Positions 8,947 through 17,253 of a stretch of DNA of 39,216 nucleotides are shown here, one piece after another. Both the position numbers and the translations under genes were made by a program. Below the pieces are notes generated by a model that did not search any database, had not been told where the DNA came from, and was given only the letters and a program-made list of their open reading frames with translations. Position 1 is the stretch's first letter. The number at the start of each line of letters is the position of its first letter. The stretch is from a virus (lineage: Duplodnaviria > Caudoviricetes), in IMG/VR virus record IMGVR_UViG_3300010376_000813, positions 1 through 39,216 of that record. One strand, 5' to 3'.

Positions 8947-11060
8947 TGCCTCCCTCCCGCAGCCTCTCTCCCGGCATGTCGCACTGGCAGCCCCCGCCCA
9001 ACGAAGGCTCCGAGAACAAAGCCCAGCGTCAGGACTGGCTTCAGCAAGTCGTCTCAGTCGGTGAAGCCTACAACGCCTCCCTCACTTCCTCTCGCGACCT
9101 TCCACGGGGGATCTCGATGATCTCAGGCAGGGTCGCCGACGCACCCAATCAAGCGAGATCAAACCTCAAGATCCCCCGCGAGAAGCGAGTCCTGCGCGAA
9201 GTAGTCGCCGGAATCTCCGACATTCGCACCGTCGATGCCTACTCCTCCGACAACGCCTCCTACTCCCCCTTCCTCGCGATGCTCAACAAAATCTGGAAGG
9301 CGGTCTACTTCGAATCCAAATTCCAGCCCAAATTCAAGCGCGCGGTCCAGTGGGCTTCCGTCGGCGGCTATTCCTACATGTCGCCCGTCTACCGCAATCT
9401 CCAGCTCAACTCCCGCAGCAAGAAGCGTATTGACTTCGATGTCTTCTCATCCCAAGACTGCCTCCCCTTCCAGCTCCCAGACGACAACAACGTCCAAGGC
9501 GCATACGCATGGACAAGAATCGTCTTCATGCCTCTTTACGAGGGTCATGCGAAGTTTCCCAAATTCCAAGCCCGCCTCAAGCCGATCGCGCGCCGGAGAT
9601 ATTCAGGAAATATCTCGAAGGATCGAATCGCTCTCGCTGAACGCTTCCGCAACGATATGCGAACCGCCTCGGGTCAAGCCTATGGAGGAAACTGGCAAGA
9701 GCAGATGATGGAGTTCCGCTACACCACCGTCCGCGATCTCTCCATCAACGAAACCAAAAAGCCAAAGCCGATGGGCGACCCCGGAGCCTCATGGAGCTAC
9801 GTGGTCCCCTTTGTCGGCCAGCGCATCCCCACGGGCCAATGGACCCTTTCTCGCGACACCGGCGCAAAGGTCCGCGAAACCCGCGCCGCCGAAGAAGAAG
9901 ATTGCGTTCTCTATCCCAATCTCCGCTTGATGATTAGTCAAACTGGCCTGCAGGAACCAATCTACGATGGCCCCTTCTGGGACTGGCACGGGATGCATCC
10001 TCTAGTCCGGATCTCGATGGACGAGTGGCCCTGGGAACCCGGCTACTCCCTGATGGAAGACATCGACTCTCTCGGCCAGACTCGCCAGAAATTCATGCGC
10101 GGCCTTGATCAAACCGCTGCCCAGCGGTTTGACCCCGCCTTCATGTACGACAAAAACGGCGGCCTGAACCGCAAGACGATGGAGCAATTCGATCCCTACG
10201 AGGAGCGCGGGAGACTTGGCATCGACGGCCCAGTCGATGAGAAAACAATCCGCACTGCGCTCCCCGAAGACCTGATGTCCATCCCCGAATGGGGCTTCGC
10301 ATGGGCCAAGAAGCTCGAAGACGACGAGGATTATCTCCTCGGCAACAACGCAATGAACAATCTCGCGCGGGCCAAGATCGCAGGCGCAGACGACGCCCTT
10401 CTGAAAGCGATGGAGGAGGCTGGCCCGATCGTCAAGGACATCTCGAACTCCTGTAACGATCCCGTCTCCGACATCATGATGATGACTCTCTCCGACGTTC
10501 TCCAATACTACCCAACAGGCCGTATCATGCAATACGTCGGACCCAACGGCGTCGCACGCGAAGTCTTCGACCTCGACCCTGAAACCCTCATCCCCTCTCA
10601 CATCCTCGGCGAAGACACCAAGGAGAAATCCATCTACACCCGGATGCAGCGCTCTCAAAACTTCTGCTCCGCTCTCCACGCAACCATCGCTCCCGGCGAA
10701 CTCCACGGCGTCGTCCAGACCGCGCATAAACTCCTCCTGATCCAGATGCAGCGCGGCGGATACATGATCGACTCCGAGACCATCGCGAAGGCCGCCGATG
10801 TTCCCAACTGGGGCCATCTCGACGGCAACACCGTGATGGAGAAGTGGCAGACTGAGCAGAAAATCAAACTCGAATTCGCCGTCCAGATGAAGGAACTCGA
10901 AACTGCCCTCGTTCCGCAAGGCCCATCCGCACCTCCAACCCCAATTGGAGTCGGCGGGAACAAGGGCGCGCCGGGCCGACCGCCATCCGGCAACAAGCCC
11001 GCTCACATGGAGACGAAAGGAAGCGCCGCAGGCCCGCGCGCGACGATTAGTGAATCATGA
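8946..11060 (+). CDS. Portal protein (large, podovirus/P22-like size)
   Basis: 704 aa downstream of TerL. HPLV..PW..GYSLMEDI..Q..R pattern resembles P22-type portals; Pro/Gly-rich tail. Confidence 0.8.
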   Translation: MPPSRSLSPGMSHWQPPPNEGSENKAQRQDWLQQVVSVGEAYNASLTSSRDLPRGISMISGRVADAPNQARSNLKIPREKRVLREVVAGISDIRTVDAYSSDNASYSPFLAMLNKIWKAVYFESKFQPKFKRAVQWASVGGYSYMSPVYRNLQLNSRSKKRIDFDVFSSQDCLPFQLPDDNNVQGAYAWTRIVFMPLYEGHAKFPKFQARLKPIARRRYSGNISKDRIALAERFRNDMRTASGQAYGGNWQEQMMEFRYTTVRDLSINETKKPKPMGDPGASWSYVVPFVGQRIPTGQWTLSRDTGAKVRETRAAEEEDCVLYPNLRLMISQTGLQEPIYDGPFWDWHGMHPLVRISMDEWPWEPGYSLMEDIDSLGQTRQKFMRGLDQTAAQRFDPAFMYDKNGGLNRKTMEQFDPYEERGRLGIDGPVDEKTIRTALPEDLMSIPEWGFAWAKKLEDDEDYLLGNNAMNNLARAKIAGADDALLKAMEEAGPIVKDISNSCNDPVSDIMMMTLSDVLQYYPTGRIMQYVGPNGVAREVFDLDPETLIPSHILGEDTKEKSIYTRMQRSQNFCSALHATIAPGELHGVVQTAHKLLLIQMQRGGYMIDSETIAKAADVPNWGHLDGNTVMEKWQTEQKIKLEFAVQMKELETALVPQGPSAPPTPIGVGGNKGAPGRPPSGNKPAHMETKGSAAGPRATISES

Positions 11061-11281
11061 ATCCTCCCCCATTCACTCCAGAATTCAACGTGAAGATGGA
11101 AGGCCACGCCTTCGCCCACTTCACTGGAGAGCGTGATCCCGAGACCATCAAGAAGCTCTACGCTTACCTTCGCGCCAACAACTGGAAGGGCTGTTTGAAG
11201 ATCCATTTCCCCGGTAATGGAGGCGTTACCGACGTTATGTTTGAAGAAATAAAGAAAATGACTGTTGACAAACAGACTTAA
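11057..11281 (+). CDS. Small hypothetical protein (possibly DUF2292/YezD-like fold)
   Basis: ATGA-coupled to portal. Helix followed by WKGCLKIHFPGNGGVTDVMFEE beta pattern. Confidence 0.6.
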   Translation: MNPPPFTPEFNVKMEGHAFAHFTGERDPETIKKLYAYLRANNWKGCLKIHFPGNGGVTDVMFEEIKKMTVDKQT

Positions 11282-11398
11282 CAGCAGTAACACTTTTTCT
11301 TAACGACTCTAACGAGATTCTGACCTCTTCTCTCTCCCTTGGAGAAATGAGACATGGCTCAAGCCTAATCAGCTTGGGCCATTTCCATTTTGGCCCAA
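11251..11398 (+). promoter_or_regulatory. Putative late promoter and structured leader (copy 1) ahead of the head operon
   Basis: AAAGAAAA 11251, TTGACA 11265, TAACACT 11288 (imperfect -10), GAGATTCT 11314, bulged hairpin 11329-11352, hairpin 11354-11382. Parallels 31881-32009. Confidence 0.65.
11354..11391 (+). terminator. Terminator-like hairpin in the leader
   Basis: ATGGCTCAAGC/GCTTGGGCCAT 11-bp stem (one G-U) followed by an interrupted T tract, TTCCATTTT. Confidence 0.55.
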
Positions 11399-11415
11399 CC
11401 TCGGAAGGAGAACTC

Positions 11416-11568
11416 ATGGCGCACCACAAGACGCACGAGCACAAGGACGGCCATCACAAGGATGGTCACAAGGACGGGAAGCACAACATGTCCAAAGCCG
11501 GAAAGCTGAAGATCCACGGCGGCTTCAAGGCGATGGAGCATGAGAAGCACGCTGAGAGGAAGAAGTAA
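11416..11568 (+). CDS. Small His/Lys-rich protein (50 aa)
   Basis: AAGGAG SD before ATG 11416; MAHHKTHEHKDGHHKDGHKDGKH... Confidence 0.75.
   Translation: MAHHKTHEHKDGHHKDGHKDGKHNMSKAGKLKIHGGFKAMEHEKHAERKK
11440..11478 (+). repeat. Three HKDG-encoding units (CACAAGGAYGGN)
   Basis: cacaaggacggc-cat-cacaaggatggt-cacaaggacggg read directly. Confidence 0.8.
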
Positions 11569-11574
11569 CTCTCA

Positions 11575-11850
11575 ATGGCCTCTCCAGCGATCAGTCCCGG
11601 TGCGGCAGGCATAGGCGGCCCTCCTCCCCAGCAGGGCGGAGGCGCTCAGCCCACTCCCGCACCGACCGCGCAACCCACATCCGCAGTCGCGCAACTGGTC
11701 GCTCAAATCGCTGGTGGTCTCGACATGCTCCAGCAAATCTTCCCTCCGTCTGCTCCGAAGGTGCAGGAGATGCAGAAATCTCTTCTCGACATCGGCTCCC
11801 TGATGGGAGCGACTCAATCTCCCCAGCAATCTCCGGCACCCCCGATCTAA
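11575..11850 (+). CDS. Pro/Gln-rich small protein of the head module
   Basis: 91 aa; low-complexity ends around an amphipathic helical core; precedes the scaffold. Confidence 0.7.
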   Translation: MASPAISPGAAGIGGPPPQQGGGAQPTPAPTAQPTSAVAQLVAQIAGGLDMLQQIFPPSAPKVQEMQKSLLDIGSLMGATQSPQQSPAPPI

Positions 11851-11865
11851 GGAGCGTTTACGACT

Positions 11866-12669
11866 ATGGACATCAAAGTCTTTCTCAAATCGAAGAACTT
11901 CTCGGATGAGCAGATTACGCAGCTCCTCACGAATGATGCCTTCTCTCCCATGCTTGAAGGATTGATCAACGAGGCTGAGAGCGGGAAGACTGCCCTCGCC
12001 AACGCTCAGCAGATCGAGACCAATCTCAAAGCTTGGCAGCAGAACGAAATCATTCCCTACGTTCGCAAAGCCGATGAGCGCGCCGCAGCCGCAGAAGGCC
12101 GAGTCTCTCAACTTCAAACTCACATGAAGTCGATGAAGGATGCTGGATACGACATCCCCGACGCCTATCTCGCCACTTCTGCTGAGCCCGTGAAGAAAGT
12201 CGAACCCCTTCCCTCGAATGGAATCTCCCGCGAAGACTTCGACAAGCGCGGAATGGAGATCGCCGAGACCAACATGGCCCTCGTCTCGCTCTCGAATCGT
12301 CATCGCAAACTAACCGGCGACGAACTCGACCTCGACACCGAATACACCGACTTCAAGGCCAACCGCCGCCCCGACGAGAACCTCCGCTCCTACGTCGCCC
12401 GCAAGTACGATCACGCTGGTCTCCAGACCAAGCGCGACACGGAGAAGCACCAAAAGGAACTCGACGACTACGCGGCTGGAAAAGTCGCCGCAGCGCAAAA
12501 AGACTGGGCCGAGAAGAATGGCTCGAACGGCGAAACCCGCAACCCCCGCGCCTCGCGCTGGGATGCTGTCAAGACGGACGAAAATCGCAACAAGCTCTGG
12601 CAGACCGCGCAAGGCCGCGCACAAGCGACCAAGGACCGGCTCGCCAAGTATCAAGCTATGGTGCAGTAG
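11866..12669 (+). CDS. Putative capsid scaffolding protein
   Basis: Charged, helical 267-aa protein immediately upstream of the capsid gene; AAGGAG SD. Confidence 0.7.
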   Translation: MDIKVFLKSKNFSDEQITQLLTNDAFSPMLEGLINEAESGKTALANAQQIETNLKAWQQNEIIPYVRKADERAAAAEGRVSQLQTHMKSMKDAGYDIPDAYLATSAEPVKKVEPLPSNGISREDFDKRGMEIAETNMALVSLSNRHRKLTGDELDLDTEYTDFKANRRPDENLRSYVARKYDHAGLQTKRDTEKHQKELDDYAAGKVAAAQKDWAEKNGSNGETRNPRASRWDAVKTDENRNKLWQTAQGRAQATKDRLAKYQAMVQ

Positions 12670-12708
12670 CGCAGTTAGACCTCTTGGTTTTGATGAAGGA
12701 GACCTTCG

Positions 12709-13887
12709 ATGACAGACCCGACATATAATGGCGACCTGCAGGCCTCAACACTCGATGATCTGCTCGCTGATGCCGCCTACGACAACTTCTTTGTCAAAAC
12801 CGCTCTTCAACAGCACATGCGGGCCATCGGCGCGATCGACCCATTCGGCGGCGGCGTGCTGATGCGCGAGCCCTTCATCATGGGCTCTCCGGATGCTGGA
12901 GCCGCAGCCCCTGGCACCAACTTCAATGTCGTCCACGTTCAGCAGCTAGCCGACCTCGCCTTCACGCCGCGCCTCTACACCTCGCGCGATATGCTGGAGA
13001 CCTTCTCTCTCAGCGTGCAGAACAAGGGGCCGAACGCGCGAATCGAACTCACCGATCTCTACTTCCGCAATGGTGTCGCAGCGATCTCGACCAACGTCGA
13101 AGTCGATCTCTACTGGCACGGACAGGCCTCGATCGCGAATCAAGTCGCCAACTCCCGCACCAACAACGTGAATGGCTTCGCCGAAGCCCTGAACGATGGC
13201 GCGAACAACTCATGGAACGGCGACTACTTCGTCAACTACGGCAACCAAGTCCGTAACGGCGCAGTCTCCTCCTCCCTGAACTCAGTCCCCTTCTTCTTCG
13301 GCAACGCCGACGGAACCGCAGGCTCGATCTCCGTCCGCGCCCTGATCCAGTTCCTGATCCGTCAGCGCAAGTTCACCGATGGCCGGACGCCGGAGATCAC
13401 CATCACGACTCCCAACGGCTGGGGATACATCCTCTCCGCTCTCCAAGCTCAGCAGCAGTTCACCACGAACTGGACGATGAAGAGCTTGATGAGCGTTCCA
13501 GACGTTGAGGGAATCAGCTTCATGGGCACCGTCATCTACGACGACATCCTGACCCCCGGCGCAACCTGGGGCAAGGACTTCCCGACCGCCTACATCGGCA
13601 CCTCGAACCTCACCTCCACCTTCACCTCCTCCTCAACAGCAACTGGCGCGACCTCCGTCTCCCAGCTCCCCGCCTCGACCACGATCACAGTCGGCGAGAC
13701 GATCTGGGCCTTGACCGGCAGCGCGTGGAAGTATCGCCCCACCGACAATCCCGACTTCCTCTTCGGACGCCGCCAGAACGAGGTCTACAACAACAACACG
13801 AACGATGCTCTCTTGATCAACCTCGCGCTCAACGCCTACACACCGGCACCGAGAGAGTCTGGACAGGGTTACGGCTTTAATGGCTAA
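12709..13887 (+). CDS. Major capsid protein (putative HK97 fold)
   Basis: 392 aa after the scaffold; strong codon bias; DNFF..GG..MREP N-terminus and GISFMGTVIYDD typical of phage coat proteins. Confidence 0.85.
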   Translation: MTDPTYNGDLQASTLDDLLADAAYDNFFVKTALQQHMRAIGAIDPFGGGVLMREPFIMGSPDAGAAAPGTNFNVVHVQQLADLAFTPRLYTSRDMLETFSLSVQNKGPNARIELTDLYFRNGVAAISTNVEVDLYWHGQASIANQVANSRTNNVNGFAEALNDGANNSWNGDYFVNYGNQVRNGAVSSSLNSVPFFFGNADGTAGSISVRALIQFLIRQRKFTDGRTPEITITTPNGWGYILSALQAQQQFTTNWTMKSLMSVPDVEGISFMGTVIYDDILTPGATWGKDFPTAYIGTSNLTSTFTSSSTATGATSVSQLPASTTITVGETIWALTGSAWKYRPTDNPDFLFGRRQNEVYNNNTNDALLINLALNAYTPAPRESGQGYGFNG

Positions 13888-13915
13888 TCTGTTGATTTAA
13901 TTGGAGTTAGCTGAA

Positions 13916-14428
13916 ATGAAAAAAGCATTTCAAAAACATCTGGATGGAATGGCGGGAACGTTCGCAGTTTGCGAACAGTTGTGTCGCTATGGACATACTC
14001 CTTTCATGCCTTCGGTTGATTTTGGAGTGGATGTCATGCTCGACAATGGCTTGAAGATTCAGGTCAAGAGCGGGCGATGCCGCAATCATCCCGGTTACTC
14101 CAATGGGGTATATGCATTCGACATCCGTAGGGGCTGGACAAGAGTAAAAGGCGAGATTGTTGCACATCCCAAAGACCGTGACTACCGCGATAGTTGTGAC
14201 TTTGTGATCTTCTTTGGGGTAGATGAGAGACGATTTTTCATCATTCCAAGTGTAGAAATCAATAGCCACGCTATCTGGATTCCTCGACGAGGCAACCGAG
14301 AATTCAAGCGCGCTAAATCCATTGCGAAGTCAATGATGAAGTTTGAAGACGCATGGCACCTGCTCGATGTAAACGCTACTTTGAGCGATCTGGAACTGAA
14401 GGAGATTGAATCATGTCAAGAACAGTAG
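13916..14428 (+). CDS. Free-standing PD-(D/E)XK homing-type endonuclease
   Basis: PSVDFGVDVMLDNGLKIQVKS and DFVIFFG..FFIIPS motifs; AT-rich. GGAG at 13903 supports ATG 13916 (the track start is TTG 13901). Confidence 0.8.
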   Translation: MKKAFQKHLDGMAGTFAVCEQLCRYGHTPFMPSVDFGVDVMLDNGLKIQVKSGRCRNHPGYSNGVYAFDIRRGWTRVKGEIVAHPKDRDYRDSCDFVIFFGVDERRFFIIPSVEINSHAIWIPRRGNREFKRAKSIAKSMMKFEDAWHLLDVNATLSDLELKEIESCQEQ

Positions 14429-15045
14429 TCGGTTACATCGGACCAAATGGCCTGAACAACATGGCCTCCTCTTCTCCGACTGCCTCAGTCGAAGCCGTTA
14501 CCGGCCTGCCGATCGCGACTGGTCTCGAAGTTGGACAGCGTCAGGAATTCACCGCGACGGAAGCGGCGTTCCATTCCTACCAGTCCGCAGGCACATATCC
14601 CTGGGGCCAGCTCTACGACGGCACCTACATGTGGGTCCAGCTCGACCCAACCGTCTCGACCGATCCGATCCCGATCGGCACCTGCGTGGCGTGGCTTGGC
14701 TCTGCCGACACAACCGGCCAGAACATCCAGGTCACCACCCTCAGCGCGACCAACACCGACTTCGCGGGCGTGACGATCGACTCGAACTTCGGCAAGTCGC
14801 ACCCTTATGCCTTCATTCAGCTCTCTGGCAAGGTGGCGATCCAGTACGACACCAATGCAGCCTTCGCGCACATCGGTGACTATGTTGGACTTTCGACCAC
14901 AACCTACGGATGGGCCTCCACCTCTGGCTCGCAAAGCACATCGCAAACCGCTCTCTCCCTGGGCATCTCCCTCACCACCTCTGGCACCCAGGGCATCGGC
15001 GGACGTTTCCTTACTCGCATTCTGCGTTTCTTCGGACGGTTCTAA
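14413..15045 (+). CDS. Putative capsid cement/decoration protein
   Basis: Follows the MCP; Ser/Thr/Gly-rich; YMWVQL..FAGVTI..YAFIQLSG pattern resembles cement proteins. Confidence 0.6.
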   Translation: MSRTVVGYIGPNGLNNMASSSPTASVEAVTGLPIATGLEVGQRQEFTATEAAFHSYQSAGTYPWGQLYDGTYMWVQLDPTVSTDPIPIGTCVAWLGSADTTGQNIQVTTLSATNTDFAGVTIDSNFGKSHPYAFIQLSGKVAIQYDTNAAFAHIGDYVGLSTTTYGWASTSGSQSTSQTALSLGISLTTSGTQGIGGRFLTRILRFFGRF

Positions 15046-15054
15046 GGAGCGGCA

Positions 15055-15402
15055 ATGGCAGACACGAAACTTGCTCTCTACACATCGGGACAGGGCCGGA
15101 CGATCACAGTCGATCACACTGGCCCTGCCTCCTATCCGACCGGAGGCGAGACCGTCGGCACGGTTAACGTTCCCGATGGCATCGTTGTTCAGGGACTCTC
15201 GACCATCGACATGATCAATGTCGCTGGCCCGACTGTCTCAGGCAACTACGCAGTCATCCCGCAGTGCACCGGAACTGGAAATCGCAAGACGTGGAAACTG
15301 ATCTGGGTGACGGCGAACTCCGGCATCCCGACCACGACTCAAGTCACCAACGGCACCAACCTCAGCGCGGAGACTGTCCGAACCGTCTACGACGGACGCT
15401 GA
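15055..15402 (+). CDS. Small virion structural protein (decoration-like)
   Basis: GPASYPTGGE motif; beta-rich; AAGGAG SD; last gene before a terminator. Confidence 0.6.
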   Translation: MADTKLALYTSGQGRTITVDHTGPASYPTGGETVGTVNVPDGIVVQGLSTIDMINVAGPTVSGNYAVIPQCTGTGNRKTWKLIWVTANSGIPTTTQVTNGTNLSAETVRTVYDGR

Positions 15403-15422
15403 GCGATTTTGAGGGGAAGTCT

Positions 15423-15460
15423 TTGGGCAGGGCAGCGATGACTGCTCTGCCCGATTTTTT
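15423..15460 (+). terminator. Intrinsic terminator after the capsid genes
   Basis: GGGCAGGGCAG-CGATGA-CTGCTCTGCCC stem-loop followed by T6. Confidence 0.85.
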
Positions 15461-15471
15461 AGGAGTCTCAT

Positions 15472-16485
15472 GTGAGCCTCGCATCAATGATCGCCGAGCA
15501 GCGCGGAGCAGTCCCGAACTACTCCGGCGCACTCGCGCGGACTCACCTCCAGAACGCATGGACCGACATTCGCAATCTCAAGGGATGGAGCTGGCAACTT
15601 GGAGTCACAGGCTATACAGTCCCCGGCCTGCTCAACACAGGCTCAGTCACGACCACTCTCGGATCTCCATTTGTTATTGGAGACGCGGCGGCTTCGGCTG
15701 CATGGGCCACTGCTTCCAGCGCCGTATCGCTCATCACCCAGCGCCAATTCCGTACCGGCGCAGGCACAATCTACAACATCATCGCCTATGACACAACCTC
15801 CAACCCCCCCTTCGGCACCCTGACCCTCGACCGCCCCTGGATCGACGCCTACTATCTCGGCCCGACCCAAGGCTACTCAATCTACCAACCCTACATCGTC
15901 GCGCCGGTCTCGAATTTCCTCGCGTGGGAATTCTTTCTCGATGTCCGCAACGTGATCCATCTCGACGTGAACAACACGCGCGGACTCTGGGAGAAGGTCA
16001 ACGAGGCCGATCCGCAGCGGCAGATATTCTCAAACCCCGGCAACGTAATCCCTCACGGCGTCGATCAGCGCGCGGGCTCAGCAACTCTGGGCTACGCGAT
16101 GTACGAACTCTATCCCCAGCCACAGTCGATCTTCGTTTATCAAGTCGGATACTCCTTCTCCGGCCCCGACCTCACCAACACCTCCGGCCAGAGCGCTGTC
16201 CCCTTCCCGATGACCGAGCATCTGGTGAAGACACTCGCGAGAGTCAAAGCATATGAGTGGAGTGAGGCGAACAAGAATCCCGCGAATCCTCGTGGCGCGG
16301 GTGCTGACTACCGCTTCCTAATCGAGATCGCGCAGGCGGAGTATCAGGGACAGCTTAAGGAGATTCGTAAAATCGATCGCGACATCTACGACGCATGGCA
16401 GACCACGATGAAGCGGTACACGAATATCGGAGTCGTAAGTACATTTGACCCGGCAACCGGAACGGTAATGAGTAGAAATCTCTGA
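15472..16485 (+). CDS. Putative head-tail adaptor protein
   Basis: Helical N-terminus ending in WSW, beta insertion, ELYPQP..Y..Y motif and helical C-terminus; adaptor-like layout; AGGAG SD. Confidence 0.6.
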   Translation: MSLASMIAEQRGAVPNYSGALARTHLQNAWTDIRNLKGWSWQLGVTGYTVPGLLNTGSVTTTLGSPFVIGDAAASAAWATASSAVSLITQRQFRTGAGTIYNIIAYDTTSNPPFGTLTLDRPWIDAYYLGPTQGYSIYQPYIVAPVSNFLAWEFFLDVRNVIHLDVNNTRGLWEKVNEADPQRQIFSNPGNVIPHGVDQRAGSATLGYAMYELYPQPQSIFVYQVGYSFSGPDLTNTSGQSAVPFPMTEHLVKTLARVKAYEWSEANKNPANPRGAGADYRFLIEIAQAEYQGQLKEIRKIDRDIYDAWQTTMKRYTNIGVVSTFDPATGTVMSRNL

Positions 16486-16487
16486 TG

Positions 16488-16988
16488 CTAAGTGATACTC
16501 GCAAATTCGCCGTGGAACTTTTTAACCGCTTCGCAATAAGCTGCGTGTGCTTCTTCGGGCGTGCTGAAGTCCTTCAGAAAAACTACCTTTCTGTTGAGAA
16601 CAACTTTGGCTCTCCACTTCAAACTGCGTTTAGGCTTCCAGATTCCCTTGAAGCCACTGCTATTACATTTCTTCATGCGTTGATTACGAATCTGCTCTGC
16701 GTGTGTGGCAATGCGAAGATTTTCGTCAAGATTGTTCAAGGTGTCGTGGTCTATGTGATCACCTGTACGCGGATCGCCTTTTTTCAGGCCAAGCAGATAG
16801 CGATGCAGATATACAACACACCGCTTATTGTTTTCATCGCGCATTTTGGTTGCTGCATAAAAGGATTGGGCGAGTTTCATCCACACTGCGTACCATTTGA
16901 ATCCCTTAATCTCTTTGTGCCTATGTGGACTGATCCTCGTAACTTGTCCCTGCGTCAAAGGAATTTCGATGTAGTCTGTAGTGGGCAT
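16488..16988 (-). CDS. HNH endonuclease with C-terminal AP2 domain (inverted insertion)
   Basis: IPLTQG..KWYA..YLHRYLLG..DHIDHDTLNNLDENLR..N..SSGFKG..WRAKV..F.TPEEAHAAY. AGGAG SD 7 nt before ATG 16988. Confidence 0.92.
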   Translation of the reverse strand: MPTTDYIEIPLTQGQVTRISPHRHKEIKGFKWYAVWMKLAQSFYAATKMRDENNKRCVVYLHRYLLGLKKGDPRTGDHIDHDTLNNLDENLRIATHAEQIRNQRMKKCNSSGFKGIWKPKRSLKWRAKVVLNRKVVFLKDFSTPEEAHAAYCEAVKKFHGEFASIT

Positions 16989-17050
16989 CCTCACACTCCT
17001 AATGTGGGTCACTTTGGTGGACTGTTTCAGCAGTCGATGCCCTTAGCATA
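16989..17050 (-). promoter_or_regulatory. Putative -10 box and two-hairpin leader of the HNH-AP2 gene
   Basis: Minus strand: TATGCT, 9 nt, GACTG-CTGAAA-CAGTC, then CACATT-AGG-AGTGTG enclosing the SD. Confidence 0.55.
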
Positions 17051-17071
17051 CCTCAATCAAGGAGGTTTGTG

Positions 17072-17251
17072 ATGGCTGAGAAATGGATACAACACGCGAC
17101 TGAGAAGATGAAAGAGAAAGGCACTCTCGGCTCCTTCGGCAAAGCCACTCCCAAGAAGATCGCCGCTGCTAAGAAGGCTGGCGGTAAGCGCGAGAAGAAA
17201 GCCATTTTCGCGGAGAACATGAAGCATATCGCTGAGCGGAAAAGAGGCTGA
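17072..17251 (+). CDS. Small Lys-rich basic protein
   Basis: MAEKWIQHATEKMKEKGTLG..KKIAAAKKAGGKREKKAIFAENMK; AAGGAGG SD. Confidence 0.8.
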   Translation: MAEKWIQHATEKMKEKGTLGSFGKATPKKIAAAKKAGGKREKKAIFAENMKHIAERKRG

Positions 17252-17253
17252 CC

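Noticed and set aside
7308-11006. Long minus-strand ORFs (389 aa, 334 aa) opposite TerL and portal, and many similar ones
   Set aside because: In-register antisense shadows of strongly codon-biased genes; no motifs or SD support.
11347-11415. Longer start for the His-rich gene
   Set aside because: It lies in the structured leader; the strong SD points to ATG 11416.
16989-17050. IscB/HEARO-type RNA-guided nuclease
   Set aside because: The HNH proteins are small HNH-AP2 or NUMOD types without RuvC or PLMP segments, and their leaders are only about 60 nt.
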